Source: Macrostomum hystrix (Eukaryota > Animalia > Platyhelminthes). Taken from it: 64,000 bases of DNA. The notes below the pieces were generated by a model. It did no database searches. It was not told where the DNA came from and saw only the letters and a list, made by a program, of their open reading frames with translations. A program made the position numbers and the translations under genes. Positions 11,638-25,600 of this stretch are shown piece after piece (position 1 is the first letter of the stretch; the number at the start of each line of letters is the position of its first letter). Location of the stretch: positions 3,287,708 to 3,351,707 of the forward strand of contig CATNEN010000010.1 of assembly GCA_950097015.1 (NCBI GenBank). The letters run 5' to 3'.

Positions 11638-12439
11638 TGTCTTAAATGAAACCCAGCAGATCTGCAGAACAGGTGACCTGGTCGGTCCTTGTTAATTAAA
11701 AAGCAGTCCCGCTACCCAATAAATTTTCTGAAGCAGGCAGCTCCGGCCCCTTGGGTCGCGGCGCGTGACGTTCCGCGTTTTCTAACATCCCCGAGAGCTG
11801 CTAGTTTCCTTCGCCAGTTGCTTGGCTCTCTTATCAGCTCGGGTTAAAGACTGCGGGATCAGGCTGAAGAGAGAGACGTGACCGCAGCATTCGGATCTGA
11901 CACAGCAAATTTATATTCAAATTTGAGGAGTATATAATACTTCTAAGGACTATATGCATGACCAAGCTTTCTCCCCAGCATTACAAAGCAAGCCGGTCTC
12001 TGACTGAGGAAATCTCTGGCTTCACTTTTGCCTACACAAAGTCAGACAGGAAACTGCTAATCTTCACAGTCGAGCTGTCTTCTAGGCCAAGGCTGTCCTT
12101 CTCTCAGTGGGAAATTGGAAATGCTCTATGGCCACTTCCCGGATGGTGTTAGCGGCCTGGCGCTGGTGTTGACACAGGGCAAACACTGACTGGGATTCAA
12201 ATCAATCTGGAATTTTGCAGCCTATACTATGGCCTCATATTTGGCCTCACTAAAGCTCAGCTGGAGCATGGGTGCTGGGTGCGCAGGATATCTCTCTGGA
12301 ATTTAATGAGGAAACTGTAGGAAGGAAGGGAGCGAAAGTTGTCAGGTGAAGACGTACGGAAGCTTATGGACATTAATAGCGACAATAGCAAGAGTGCTCA
12401 AATATAGGTAAAGGAAAGAAACGGAGAGAGGCGAGGAAT

Positions 12440-12815
12440 AGAGATAGAAAAAGAGATGAGAATGAGGAGACGGACGAGAGAGGAAGAGAAAGGAGGAGAC
12501 GGAAGAGAGAGGAAGAGAGAGGAAGAGAGAGGAAGAGAGAGGAGAGGAAGAGAAAGGGGGAGAAAGGAGGAGAAAGGAAGAGAGAGGAAGAGAAGGCAAG
12601 AGGGAGGAAGAGAAAGCAAGAGGGAGGAAGAGAAAGCAAGAGAGAGGAAGAGAAAGCAAGAGAGAGGAAGAGAAAGGAGGAGAAAAGAAGAGAGAGGAAG
12701 AGAGAGGAACAGAGAGGAAGAGAGAGGAAGAGAGAGGAGAGGAAGAGAAAGGAGGAGAAAGGAAGAGAGAGGAAGAGAGAGGAACAGAGAGGAAGAGAGA
12801 GGAAGAGAGAGGGGA
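12440..12815. repeat. Polypurine low-complexity tract (GAGGAAGAGA-like)
   Basis: About 375 bp almost entirely A/G on the plus strand. Confidence 0.9.
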
Positions 12816-14020
12816 ATGGATGAGGGGCAAGGAGAAGCATGGGCAGGTGGGTGAGACAGGGGTGCAGAGGATCAGCTGGTGTGAGGTGTCAGGCAGGTGG
12901 TGGGTGGGCTTAAAACAGGACAGGCAGACAGTTCTGAAGCAGCAATGCAAGAAATCAAAGCAATTATTATCAGGCTCAGCGGCTAACAAAATCTTCGATG
13001 GGTGGTTTTGCTGGCCACACGAGCTGCATCAGCTAATGCGGGCTGACCCAGTTGATAGCCCGGATGACACAGAGGAGTCTGCGGGAGCTGCAGGGCTGCA
13101 TCATTTTTTATTGCTTTAGCGCTGAAGCAGGCCGCGCTGGCTCACTATTAGCTAAATGGGCCCAGAAACCGGACGTGTGCGGAGCGTGAGACCAGTTTGA
13201 GCGTGTTATCATCTCCTTATAATTTTGCTAAACTTGGTTCGGATTCGGATCAGCTAGCAGGGAGGTCGGTGCTAGCAGACTTAATTCTGGTCAATTTAGG
13301 ATAGCGATAGCTAATGTAAACAGTGCACCAAACAGGAAGTGAGTGATTGCATGGTTATGGCCTAATTACTACTAGTAAACCTCAATTTGCCGTCTGTTCC
13401 GCTTGTGTATATATTACAAAGACCCAGATAGCAATATAGTCTTGCTTGCCCCTGCAAGCAGCATCCATTAATGTGGCATTGGCCCCGTGTTTGGCTCCTG
13501 CAGGCTGAGCTACAAAGACCGGGGCTGGACCCCTCCGCTGTGATAATACGAGGGAGGCATTTTCGCCTTTGTGTTATTTTATAACTCCCCTAGAAAACCT
13601 AGCATTTTTAGGAAAGGTAATAAACTTTTATTACAAAGACTGCATTTCAATTAAATTTTCTATTCAATTATTGAAATGAAGGTGCTAAACTAGCTGCTAG
13701 GCGCTGGCTCCGGGTGATTGTGTATCCCGCAGGGCATAACAAAACTGAAAACGAAAACTGAATTGAAAATTCCACTGCGGGGTAAAAGCGTTTGCTTTGG
13801 TAGAAGCGACAAATGGGCCCGCGGTGCCATATTGGAACAGTATGCTTTGGCTGTTGTTGATGCGCCCAAGGGCTAGCTCGAACTCCAGTGTGCTAGCTCA
13901 GGCCCCATTTGCACTGGGTCTGTGTTGCGCAACTGTAGGCGGCAATAGCAGCTGGAAGTCTTCATTTAATTAAATTGCTTTCCAAAGCAAATTACATCTG
14001 TTTTTCTGCCTTGCCCTTTA

Positions 14021-16858
14021 ATGGCTAGGTCTAGCTGTCCAATGGCTATGTCTAGCTGTCAAAGGGCTAGGTCTAGCTGTCAGAGGGCTAGGTTGGCTGT
14101 CAAAGGGCTAGGTCTAGCTGTCAAAGGGCTAGGTCTAGCTGTCAAAGGGCTAGGTCTAGCTGTCAAAGGGCTAGGTCTAGCTGTCAAAGGGCTAGGTCTA
14201 GCTGTCAAAGGGCTAGGTCTAGCTGTCAAAGGGCTAGGTCTAGCTGTCAAAGGGCTATGTCTAGCTGTCAAAGGGCTAGGTCTAGCTGTCAAAGGGCTAG
14301 GTTGGCTGTCAAAGGGCTAGGTCTAGCTGTCAAAGGGCTAGGTTGGCTGTCAAAGGGCTAGGTCTAGCTGTCAAAGGGCTAGGTCTAGCTGTCAAAGGGC
14401 TAGGTCTAGCTGTCAAAGGGCTATGTCTAGCTGTCAAAGGGCTAGGTCTAGCTGTCAAAGGGCTAGGTTGGCTGTCAAAGGGCTAGGTCTAGCTGTCAAA
14501 GGGCTAGGTCTAGCTGTCAAAGGGCTAGGTCTAGCTGTCAAAGGGCTGGGTTTAGCTGTCAAAGGGCTATGTCTAGCTGTCAAAGGGCTAGGTCTAGCTG
14601 TCAAAGGGCTAGGTCTAGCTGTCAAAGGGCTATGTCTAGCTGTCAAAGGGCTAGGTCTAGCTGTCAAAGGGCTAGGTTGGCTGTCAAAGGGCTAGGTCTA
14701 GCTGTCAAAGGGCTAGGTTGGCTGTCAAAGGGCTAGGTCTAGCTGTCAAAGGGCTAGGTTGGCTGTCAAAGGGCTAGGTCTAGCTGTCAAAGGGCTAGGT
14801 CTAGCTGTCAAAGGGCTAGGTCTAGCTGTCAAAGGGCTATGTCTAGCTGTCAAAGGGCTAGGTCTAGCTGTCAAAGGGCTAGGTTGGCTGTCAAAGGGCT
14901 AGGTCTAGCTGTCAAAGGGCTAGGTCTAGCTGTCAAAGGGCTAGGTCTAGCTGTCAAAGGGCTGGGTTTATCTGTCAAAGGGCTATGTCTAGCTGTCAAA
15001 GGGCTAGGTCTAGCTGTCAAAGGGCTAGGTCTAGCTGTCAAAGGGCTAGGTTGGCTGTCAAAGGGCTAGGTCTAGCTGTCAAAGGGCTAGGTCTAGCTGT
15101 CAAAGGGCTAGGTTGGCTGTCAAAGGGCTAGGTCTAGCTGTCAAAGGCTAGGTCTAGCTGTCAAAGGGCTAGGTCTAGCTGTCAAAGGGCTGGGTTTAGC
15201 TGTCAAAGGGCTATGTCTAGCTGTCAAAGGGCTAGGTCTAGCTGTCAAAGGGCTAGGTCTAGCTGTCAAAGGGCTATGTCTAGCTGTCAAAGGGCTAGGT
15301 CTAGCTGTCAAAGGGCTAGGTTGGCTGTCAAAGGGCTAGGTCTAGCTGTCAAAGGGCTAGGTTGGCTGTCAAAGGGCTAGGTCTAGCTGTCAAAGGGCTA
15401 GGTCTAGCTGTCAAAGGGCTAGGTCTAGCTGTCAAAGGGCTATGTCTAGCTGTCAAAGGGCTAGGTCTAGCTGTCAAAGGGCTAGGTTGGCTGTCAAAGG
15501 GCTAGGTCTAGCTGTCAAAGGGCTAGGTTGGCTGTCAAAGGGCTAGGTCTAGCTGTCAAAGGGCTAGGTCTAGCTGTCAAAGGGCTAGGTCTAGCTGTCA
15601 AAGGGCTATGTCTAGCTGTCAAAGGGCTAGGTCTAGCTGTCAAAGGGCTAGGTTGGCTGTCAAAGGGCTAGGTTGGCTGTCAAAGGGCTAGGTCTAGCTG
15701 TCAAAGGGCTAGGTCTAGCTGTCAAAGGGCTAGGTCTAGCTGTCAAAGGGCTGGGTTTAGCTGTCAAAGGGCTATGTCTAGCTGTCAAAGGGCTAGGTCT
15801 AGCTGTCAAAGGGCTAGGTCTAGCTGTCAAAGGGCTAGGTTGGCTGTCAAAGGGCTAGGTCTAGCTGTCAAAGGGCTAGGTCTAGCTGTCAAAGGGCTAG
15901 GTCTAGCTGTCAAAGGGCTGGGTTTAGCTGTCAAAGGGCTATGTCTAGCTGTCAAAGGGCTAGGTCTAGCTGTCAAAGGGCTAGGTCTAGCTGTCAAAGG
16001 GCTATGTCTAGCTGTCAAAGGGCTAGGTCTAGCTGTCAAAGGGCTAGGTTGGCTGTCAAAGGGCTAGGTCTAGCTGTCAAAGGGCTAGGTTGGCTGTCAA
16101 AGGGCTAGGTCTAGCTGTCAAAGGGCTAGGTCTAGCTGTCAAAGGGCTAGGTCTAGCTGTCAAAGGGCTATGTCTAGCTGTCAAAGGGCTAGGTCTAGCT
16201 GTCAAAGGGCTAGGTTGGCTGTCAAAGGGCTAGGTCTAGCTGTCAAAGGGCTAGGTTGGCTGTCAAAGGGCTAGGTCTAGCTGTCAAAGGGCTAGGTCTA
16301 GCTGTCAAAGGGCTAGGTCTAGCTGTCAAAGGGCTATGTCTAGCTGTCAAAGGGCTAGGTCTAGCTGTCAAAGGGCTAGGTTGGCTGTCAAAGGGCTAGG
16401 TTGGCTGTCAAAGGGCTAGGTCTAGCTGTCAAAGGGCTAGGTCTAGCTGTCAAAGGGCTAGGTCTAGCTGTCAAAGGGCTGGGTTTAGCTGTCAAAGGGC
16501 TATGTCTAGCTGTCAAAGGGCTAGGTCTAGCTGTCAAAGGGCTAGGTCTAGCTGTCAAAGGGCTAGGTTGGCTGTCAAAGGGCTAGGTCTAGCTGTCAAA
16601 GGGCTAGGTCTAGCTGTCAAAGGGCTAGGTCTAGCTGTCAAAGGGCTGGGTTTAGCTGTCAAAGGGCTATGTCTAGCTGTCAAAGGGCTAGGTCTAGCTG
16701 TCAAAGGGCTATGTCTAGCTGTCAAAGGGCTATGTCTAGCTGTCAAAGGGCTAGGTCTAGCTGTCAAAGGGCTATGTCTAGCTGTCAAAGGGCTAGGTCT
16801 AGCTGTCAAAGGGCTATGTCTAGCTGTCAAAGGGCTAGGTCTAGTTGTCAAAGGGCTA
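14021..16858. repeat. 21-bp minisatellite (GGGCTAGGTCTAGCTGTCAAA)n with a 20-bp variant and higher-order structure
   Basis: About 135 units; identical ORF pairs offset by 728 bp (15673/16401, 15774/16502, 15827/16555). Confidence 0.97.
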
Positions 16859-17089
16859 CTCATATCCGTCCAAGTGCTAGGTCCAGCTGTCCAGGGGCCA
16901 GGTCTAATCTGTCTAGCTACCTAACATCTGTGTGTGTTTATCAGTTTATCAGTGCTGTGTCATGTCTGATGTGTGACATGCGCATTTTATAATAATCTTT
17001 ATGCTTCGAATTCAGAGCCAAAATTCAGAAATTAATATTCACTAATTTCTAGTGAGTGATCGGATATAAAGGGCGCCATAATTAATACA

Positions 17090-17186
17090 GGGGACTACTA
17101 AATACTTAAACAAAGTAATATTAGATCTAATACGTAATAGTAATAGTAATTCCAATAGTACTGGTTTATAGTATTTAGTAGTCCCC
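17090..17186. other. 97-bp inverted repeat (17-bp perfect arms) with an internal 14-bp palindrome; MITE-like or hairpin
   Basis: GGGGACTACTAAATACT (17090-17106) and AGTATTTAGTAGTCCCC (17170-17186); TATTAGATCTAATA at 17119-17132. Confidence 0.6.
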
Positions 17187-19614
17187 GAAGTAAAATGTAA
17201 ATTATACTCATTTGTTGCCTATGTGATAGTAGTGTGTTGTGTACTTGTCCATGATAATATACTTAACCGAATGGATAATAAACATGAAAACTTTGTCCTA
17301 TTTATTTAGCACTCGCACTTACAAAAATTAAAAAACTTAATAGTTTTTTTTCTAGAATATAGGCCCTAGTATTTCAATCCTAAGTTGTCTTTGTTTCGTT
17401 GAGAAAGTCAGGGCAGATGTACAATGCACCTGTATGATCGTGTGCCTTGAGTACAGTAACTGTGTGCGTGGGTGCTCCCGAGTTTTTAAAAGGAGTTAAA
17501 GCATAAAAAAACAAGGCGACTTTCTCCTTAAAGCCTAACTACAGTATCTCACTGAGCAAATAGCTTCTGGCTTTGAAATGCTAAAACGTGACCAATGTGT
17601 CAAGTTAGATCGTAATAAAAATTGCTGGCCCGCGAGTTTAAATTCGGATTTATCAAAATTACTTACGATGTGACATTTTTTATAACAAAAAAAATTTTCT
17701 TTTTGGCCTACAAGCTAACTCGCTGCTGAAGGCAAAAGTGTAAGTTTTACCGAATAAGTAAGTTAAAGTACTAAGTACCAGTAGTGGTCCTTGCTGTCGC
17801 TTTCTGAGTTCTGGGGTGAGGTAGGCCTACTTTGCTGCTCCACTATTCAGGTCCCTTCATGTATATCTGAAATGAATAGGCCCTAGGCCTAAACTTTGTT
17901 TGAATTTCATTAGGCCTAATATTCACTTTTATCTTATGATCCCCTACACACATTTCTACACACAAGTGATTGTATTACCCTCTTTCTGCTTTTTCTTACA
18001 ATCCATACCATACCTATTTCATAGGCCCTATGCTTCATAACAGTAAGGGATCGTGACACAAAGGTGAATATATAGCTCCTCTTCTTGATTTTCTCATCTA
18101 TTGCTGCAATTGCTGTTGATGTTTTAGCTTTCATTAGAAATGTTTCAGAATTGAGGTGATGGCTGTTTGAATTACATTTTGAACAATACTTCTGGATCTG
18201 CATTGTTTTGTTTATTCATTTCAATAGGGATCATATGGCTTGTATAACACAATAATGCAAAACTGGGGATTGTAACACAACAATACTATAGGCATAGGAT
18301 ATGCCAACTGAAACTCTTCTAGTTTACTGTAGTAAATAGTGCTTATCTTTTGATATAACATAAGGCTATATAGATTTATTAGTTTATTATTATTCTGAGT
18401 TTAAAAGTAGGCCTAAGACATTTTTTCCTTTTAAATGTATAAGTATATTTAGGCCTACTTTAATTCAATGATCATTCATTATCTTAGCATTTTCAGTTCC
18501 AGTAACCATGAAATATAGCCATTGGCCACACAAATTACAAATAAACATGTCTTACTATTTTCAAACTCACAAACAAGATAAGAGAATTATCAAGCATTGT
18601 AACAAACCTATAAGCTTTACAAAACTATGTTGCACTTATAGAGTCAAATATAAGACACTTCTCACATGCTATCTGTGTTGCATTTATATTTTTTATTTAT
18701 CATTAGTATGCTATTTTAGGAAATAGTATGCATAAAGTATGTTTTATATATAGCTGTCATTGTTTTATATATTTATAATAAAATATTTTAAAATATTTAA
18801 ATATTATTGCAATAGTGTATTTGTTTATAGCTTTAAAATTATGTTCTCAAAACCAGAGACCCAATGATGTAAAAGTATCATGAGACTAGTTATTTGTGCT
18901 AATTTAATTGTTATACATAAAGTGTTAATTTATCCTCACTTGTCTTTAAATGAAAATTAACTATTGTCATGAAATTGCCTGTCACAAACTAAATTTTTCT
19001 TGAGTTTGGCATTGCTTGACTCAAACTTAAACAATGCTAAAATAAGCTGTCACTGAGTTTTGTGGAAGTCTTAAGTTAGTATTTCAGATTAAATTATACA
19101 TGGGGTAAGATAAAGAAAAAAGTGCACTACAAGAGAAGACTTGAAGAGAAGTTTTAATATGTTGGCTACTTAAGTAATATATTTATATAGCAAAGAGAAT
19201 ACATAAGTAAATATATGACATTGCTAAATATTAAAAAGCAGAAAAATGGTTACACACCATCAAATTTGTGACAGAACATCTGATTAATTGCTTATCATCT
19301 AGCTATAGCAGTCGAGCTTTTATAGATAAGAACAAACATAACGAAATGCAAAAAACCTTATTATGAGACTTGCTTGTGCAGCGATCAGCATCACATTCAA
19401 TAAAATATAGCACTATAAAAAGAAATATCAGAATGTTGAATAAACAACAGTCATGCAATCACACATAGTATAGTAATTTGCAGTAATTTGTGGTTATAAA
19501 TTTAGTTAAGTCTCTCTTGTCAGGATGCCAGCAGTCAACACTAAACTCTGTTAACTAGATTTTGCTTTACAATTTGCAGCTCTCCAGCTGTGCACTGCCA
19601 GCTAAAGCGAATCA

Positions 19615-22600
19615 ATGAGCGACCACAGCCTGGAAGCAGTTCTCGGCACTCCGACATCATCGTCGGCGCCAACTTGTGCTCGAACCCCCAGCTCCATCCG
19701 CACCGGCTGGTTTGTGGCCACGCCTACGCGTGTCTCCGTGCCCGGCGCCACCATCGATGTTCATGACGTGTTAGTGTTGACCCACTTCGCCAAGCAGCCG
19801 CTGGTGGACTTTGGCCGAGTGCCGATGGGCCGCCTGGCCACTCAGCGGCTGCTCATCCAGAATCCGCACGCCTACGATCAGGAGGTGCGCATCAGCCGCC
19901 TGCCCGGCGAAAAGTGTGGCATCGCCTGCGTCGAGCAGGAGTTTGTTGTCAACGCCGAGGGCGAGTACATGCTCACGCTGACCTGGACTCCGCAGCGGCC
20001 TGGTGGCATGCGCGAGCTGGCCGCATTCCGCGTTGGCGACGTCTACAATCTGCAGGCGGTGCTGCTGGGCATGGCTGTGGAGGTCCCAGCCGCCAGCCAT
20101 GGCAGGAAGCGGAAGACCTGGGTGGAGCAGCGGCTGGCGGGGAAGGAGAACGATGGCGATGACAACGCAGCCGCTGTGCCATCGCCAGTGTTCAACGTGG
20201 CCAAGGCTCGCCTAGCTTCCGGTCCCGGCGGCTTATCTAGACGCCTGCAGACCTCCTTGATGCTGCCAGCGACGCCGGAGGAGGCACCGTTGGTGACGTC
20301 AACTTCGTCAGTTTCAGTTAGCGACGCTACGGTGGCGGCCAGTAAGAAGCCGCGCCTAGCCGAAGTTTCATTCAGCGGCAGCGGCGGCAGCGCGGCTTCC
20401 AGTCTGCTTTCGCATCTACTGCACTCCAGACTGGCTGCTCGGCTGCGGCCGAAGCACCATCCGGAGAGTCCGGTGGAACGATTCCGCCGGCGGCACAGTC
20501 TGCGCAGCACCCTGACTGGCCGGTTCGCGTCCTCCGCTGCTTCTGCAGCGAGAACTTCTGCCGCGGCTGCGGCGGCTTCACCGTCCGAGCAGGCGATCAG
20601 CAGCCCGCTGAGCGGTCGCATTGTTAAGCGTCGAAAGTCGAATAGAGCGCGAGTCAACGCGTCGACTGCGGCAGCGTCCGTGGCCGGATCCGCCGTTAAG
20701 TGCATTGTCGAGTCGCCCTCGGCCACCTTAGTCGACGCGTCCGATTTGAGCGGCCTGTCCATGCTGGCTCCGACAACTCCAAAGGCATCGACAGCTGCTT
20801 CGATGACCGCGGCGGAGCAGCGAAGCTGCAGCACCTACTATGATGAGCGCTGGCGGGAGAAACAGGTGAGTTGCAATTTGTGTCCTTTACCAAGACACTT
20901 AACTCTGCCTTGATTCAGTTCACCAGCTGTTAAAAGGGTACCAGCATCAGCTGGGGTAATTGAGGGTGAGTGTGGCGCCCCGAGTCCATGGACTGAACAG
21001 CCGTACGCAGCCTTCAGATGCGCTGCGCAATAGCTGCAGCTGTGCTGTCAGCTGCACATCTGGCCCACTTAGGGCAGTTGTAATAAAAAGTGATATTTTT
21101 ATTAATTAATATTAAGTGGTGGATTGACAGTTGATGGGATTGATTTTAAAGTGGCGATCGAGAGGTGATTAAAATGAGTTGGTGGTTTGACAGTCGAGTG
21201 AGATATTTAAGTGACGGACAACAGGATCAAAGGCAAATAGGTAAATTCCACAGAAATTCCTGCGTGTTTCCTTCAGGAGTTCGGTCTGCAGCAGTGGCTG
21301 AACTACTTGCTGACGCCCGGACTGGCTCTGCGCTGCTGCCAGGGCGAGGAGCCGGCACCACCGGCGTCGACAGCCAACTCTGTCGCCGATGTGACCGCAG
21401 TAGCCGCTGGCGCAACCACCGGGCCAGCGCCAACCAAGGAGGCCATGTCGCTGCGCGCCTATGCCGACTTTCGCGCCCTGGCAGCCCTGCGCAGCCGAGG
21501 TCGACGGCTGATCGGCTGCGAGAGCTTCGTGTCCGTGATCTGCCGCGTTGAGCGAGAGGTAATGCTTGAGCGGATTCAGAGATCCTCAGATTCTTCCGAA
21601 ATTCTGATCCCATTGGCCTATTTCCAGATTAGGCCAAGCCCAGATCCAGATTCTACATTTATTCTAGATCCTCAGATTCCGCCTGATCCCACATTTCCGC
21701 ATTCTGCCTGATCCCACATTTCCAGATTCTGCCTGATCCCACATTTCCGCATTCTGTCTGATCCCTCATTTCCAGATTCTGTATGATTCCACATTTACAG
21801 ATTCCGCCTGATCCCACATTTCCGGATTCTGTCTGATCCCACATTTCCGGATTCCGCCTAATCCCACATTTCCGGATTCTGTCTGATCCCACATTTCCGG
21901 ATTCCGCCTGATCCCTCATTTCCGGATTCTGTCTGATCCCTCATTTCCGGATTCTGTCTGATCCCTCATTTCCGGATTCTGTCTGATCCCTCATTTCCGG
22001 ATTCTGTCTGATCCCACATTTCCGCATTCTGTCTGATCCCTCATTTCCAGATTCTGTCTGATCCCACATTTCCGGATTCCGCCTAATCCCAAATTTCCGG
22101 ATTCTGTCTGATCCCTCATTTCCGGATTTCGCCTGATCCCTCATTTCCGGATTCTGTCTGATCCCTCATTTCCGGATTCTGTCTGATCCCTCATTTCCGG
22201 ATTCCGCCTGATCCCAGATTTCCGGATCTGTCTGATCCCTCATTTCTGGATTCTGTCTGATCCCACATTTCCGGATTCTGTCTGATCCCACATTTCCGGA
22301 TTCTGTCTGATCCCTCATTTCCGGATTCTGTCTGATCCCTCATTTCCGGATTCTGTCTGATCCCTCATTTCCGGATTCCGCCTGACCCCACATTTCCGGA
22401 TTCCGCCTGACCCCACATTTCCGGATTCTGTCTGATCCCACATTTCCGGATTCTGTCTGATCCCTCATTTCCGGATTCCGCCTGACCCCACATTTCCGGA
22501 TTCTGCCTGATCCCACATTTCCGGATTCTGTCTGATCCCTCATTTCCGGATTCCGCCTGCTTCCTGATCCCTGATTCCCAAACGCTTTCTACGTCCTCAT

Positions 22601-25600
22601 TAAGGACTACCATTTGTTTCTCTGCATTTTCCACCCCTTCCAGGTGAGCGAGGGCCGCCTTAGAGTCCGGTCTGATGTCTGCTTCCGCGCCGACAGGGGT
22701 CTCCGGGCCCGCCTTACAGATCTGTACCTGGCCTTTCACCCGCTCTGGCTGCGCCTCGCACTCGAGTCGCTATTCGGCGAGCCAATCCTTGCCCCGGCCG
22801 CGTCTTCCTCCGCTGACACTGGCGGGGCTGCCGGGCGTCGAACTCCGCTGAGATCCTTTCTGCAGTCTCGGGTGCTGTGGAGCCCCGGCCTGGCTGACCG
22901 CTTTGCCATGCCCGGAGTCTGCAACCTGTACAGGAAGGGTTTTGACGCTGAGCTGGCCAAGTGAGTGCGCGCCTGTCTGTGTCTGTCGTCTGTCTGTCGT
23001 CTGTCTGTCGTCTGTCTGACTGTCTGTCTGTCATTGTACCGTTCATCGACCTGCCCTGTCCCCAGATACGTGCTGAACAAATTCCTGGCCATTGTGTATT
23101 TCTTGGACCGAGCAAAAACCGAGCGCGTGATCGACTTCGATCCGTGTCTGTTTGCCAAGCGCTCTCCGCATAAGTGCACGAAAGATGTAGTGACCAGCTT
23201 CACCAGGGACTACCTGGCTGGCGAGGGCGACGTCATTAAGCACCTGGGCTACCTGGGTTACCGGTTGTGCCACGCGCAGAAGCCGTTGGACGAATTCCAG
23301 TTCGGAGTCACTAACCTGGCTGTGGATCTACGCGACGGAATTCGCCTCTGCCGGACACTCGAGATCCTCACCGGCGGCCGGGCGGCCCTGTCCGGCCGGC
23401 TGCGATGTCCGGCCATCAGCCGGCTACAAAAGATTCGCAACTGTCAAGTGGCTTTCGAGGAGCTTCGCGGACTGGGCGTGTCGCTGGATTGGACCTCCGG
23501 TGAGTGCCCATCTGTCGTACATTGCATTGGCTATATCATTTCAGCCATTCTATTACCTTACTTTCTTTACCTTGTATTAGTTAGGTATCCATCTGGGATC
23601 TGGAATCTGGGATCTGGGATCTAGGATCTGGGATCTAGGATCTGGGATCTAGGATCTGGAATCTGGGATCTGGGATCTAGGATCTAGGATCTGGGATCTA
23701 AGATCTAGGATCTAGGATCTAGGATCTGGGATCTAGGATCTGGGATCTAGGATCTGGGATCTAGGATCTGGGATCTAGGATCTGGGATCTAGGATCTGGG
23801 ATCTAGGATCTAGGATCTGGGATCTAGGATCTGGGAGCTAGGATCTGGGATCTAGGATCTGGTATCTAGGATCTGGGATCATGTAGTAGTTAATTAATCA
23901 AGATAGTACATTATATATTATCTTCACCACTAAAGATTTGATAATTTTCCGAAGTTATCATGCCATTCTATTGACCTCCCTTACCTCCATGACTTCATCC
24001 CTACTCCAGGCAACCCGATCGACCCGCGCGATATTGTTGACGGCCACAGAGAGAAAACACTAAGCCTACTCTGGCGCTGCCTGGCTCGCTTTGCCCTGGC
24101 CGAGGATCCCAAGCTAGTTGGCCGCCTCCTTTTCGAAATCCGCGCCCTTCGACGCGCCCTCCACGACCGCGGCGCCGCTTGCCCGCCGGCCCCCACCGAC
24201 CCGAAACCGGCCAGCCTCCTGCCCTGCTGGGCCGCCTGCGTGGCCGCCTTCGATTGGCCAGCTGGTCTACCGCCTCCGGCCGAGGACGATAGTCGCGTTG
24301 TCATGCGGTTGCTAAGGCACTACTGCGCCGCGCCACCGGCCTCCAGCGCCGAAGAGGATCAAGATTGGCGCACCGTGTCTGAACGGTTAGCTGAGCTGGG
24401 ACAGTGTCCGGCGCTCATTCTGCCGACTTCGTCAGACCGGCCGGACCGCAGCATGCTGCTCGCTCAGCTGGCCGCCCTGGCTGGCTGCCTGTTGAATCTC
24501 AACACCGAGTCCCGAGCCGCTCGCGTCATTCAGGCGGCCTGGCGCCGGCGTCGGGCACAGCGCACCGGTCCACCCGCCGCGCAGGAAGATCGCGTCGACG
24601 CGCTGCCAGCAGAAAATGCTAGCTGCTTCGTCGCTACCGTCACCGATTTCGGCATCGGCTTCTGGCCCGGCACACCTGGGCCGTCCTGCAAGCCGGCCGA
24701 CACTCCGGTCCGCTGCCTGCGCGACGAGGAGGCGGCTCGACGCTCCGCGGCCGCAAGCTCCATCCAGCGCTGGTATCGGTACGGGCGGCAGATCCGTCTG
24801 GGCCGGATTCGACGCGAGATTGAGCGGCGCCGGCGTCGGCGAGCAATCCTGGTCATCCTGACCAATTATCGGATTAGCAGGCGTAATCGGGCTTTCGCGG
24901 CGCTGCAGAGTCACGTGACAAGCTGGCTGGCTCGCAGACTGGCAGCAGCGTTGTGCATTCAAGAGGTTTGGAGGGCGCATCGATTGAGACGGATGGAACG
25001 CGAGAGGCTTGCACGAGTGCATGCTGCTTGCACTGTACAGCGGGCATGGCGCCTGTTCTGCACTAGACGGAGGGAGCAGGAGAGGCTAGAACGACAACGG
25101 CTTGAGCAAGAGCGGCTCGAGCAGGAAAGGTTGGAATGCGAACGGCTTGAGCACGAGCGACTTGAGAAGGAACGGCTCGAGCAGGAACGACTTGAGCAGG
25201 AATGGCTTGAGCGGGAGCGAATTGAGCAGGAACGGCTTGAGCAGGAGCGACTTGAGCAGGAACGGTTTGAGCGGGAGCGAATTGAGCAGGAACGGCTTGA
25301 GCAGGAACGGCTTGAGCAGGAGAGGCTCGAGCAGGAACGGCTTCAGCAGGAACGGCTTGAGCAGGAACGGTTTGAGCGGGAGCGAATTGAGCAGGAACGG
25401 CTTGAGCAGGAACGGCTTGAGCAGGAGAGGCTCGAGCAGGAACGGCTCGAGCAGGAACGGCTTGAGCAGGAATGGCTTGAGCAGGAGAGGCTCGAGCAGG
25501 AACGGCTTGAGCAGGAGCGGCTTGAGCTGGAGCGACTGGAACGAGAACGGCTTGAGCAGGAGCGGCTTGAGCAGGAGCGGCTTGAGCAGGAGCGGCTTGA

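Noticed and set aside
17300-19500. Recurrent TAGGCCTA-like palindromes and AT-rich ORF fragments
   Set aside because: No consistent spacing or element boundaries; enrichment not quantified.
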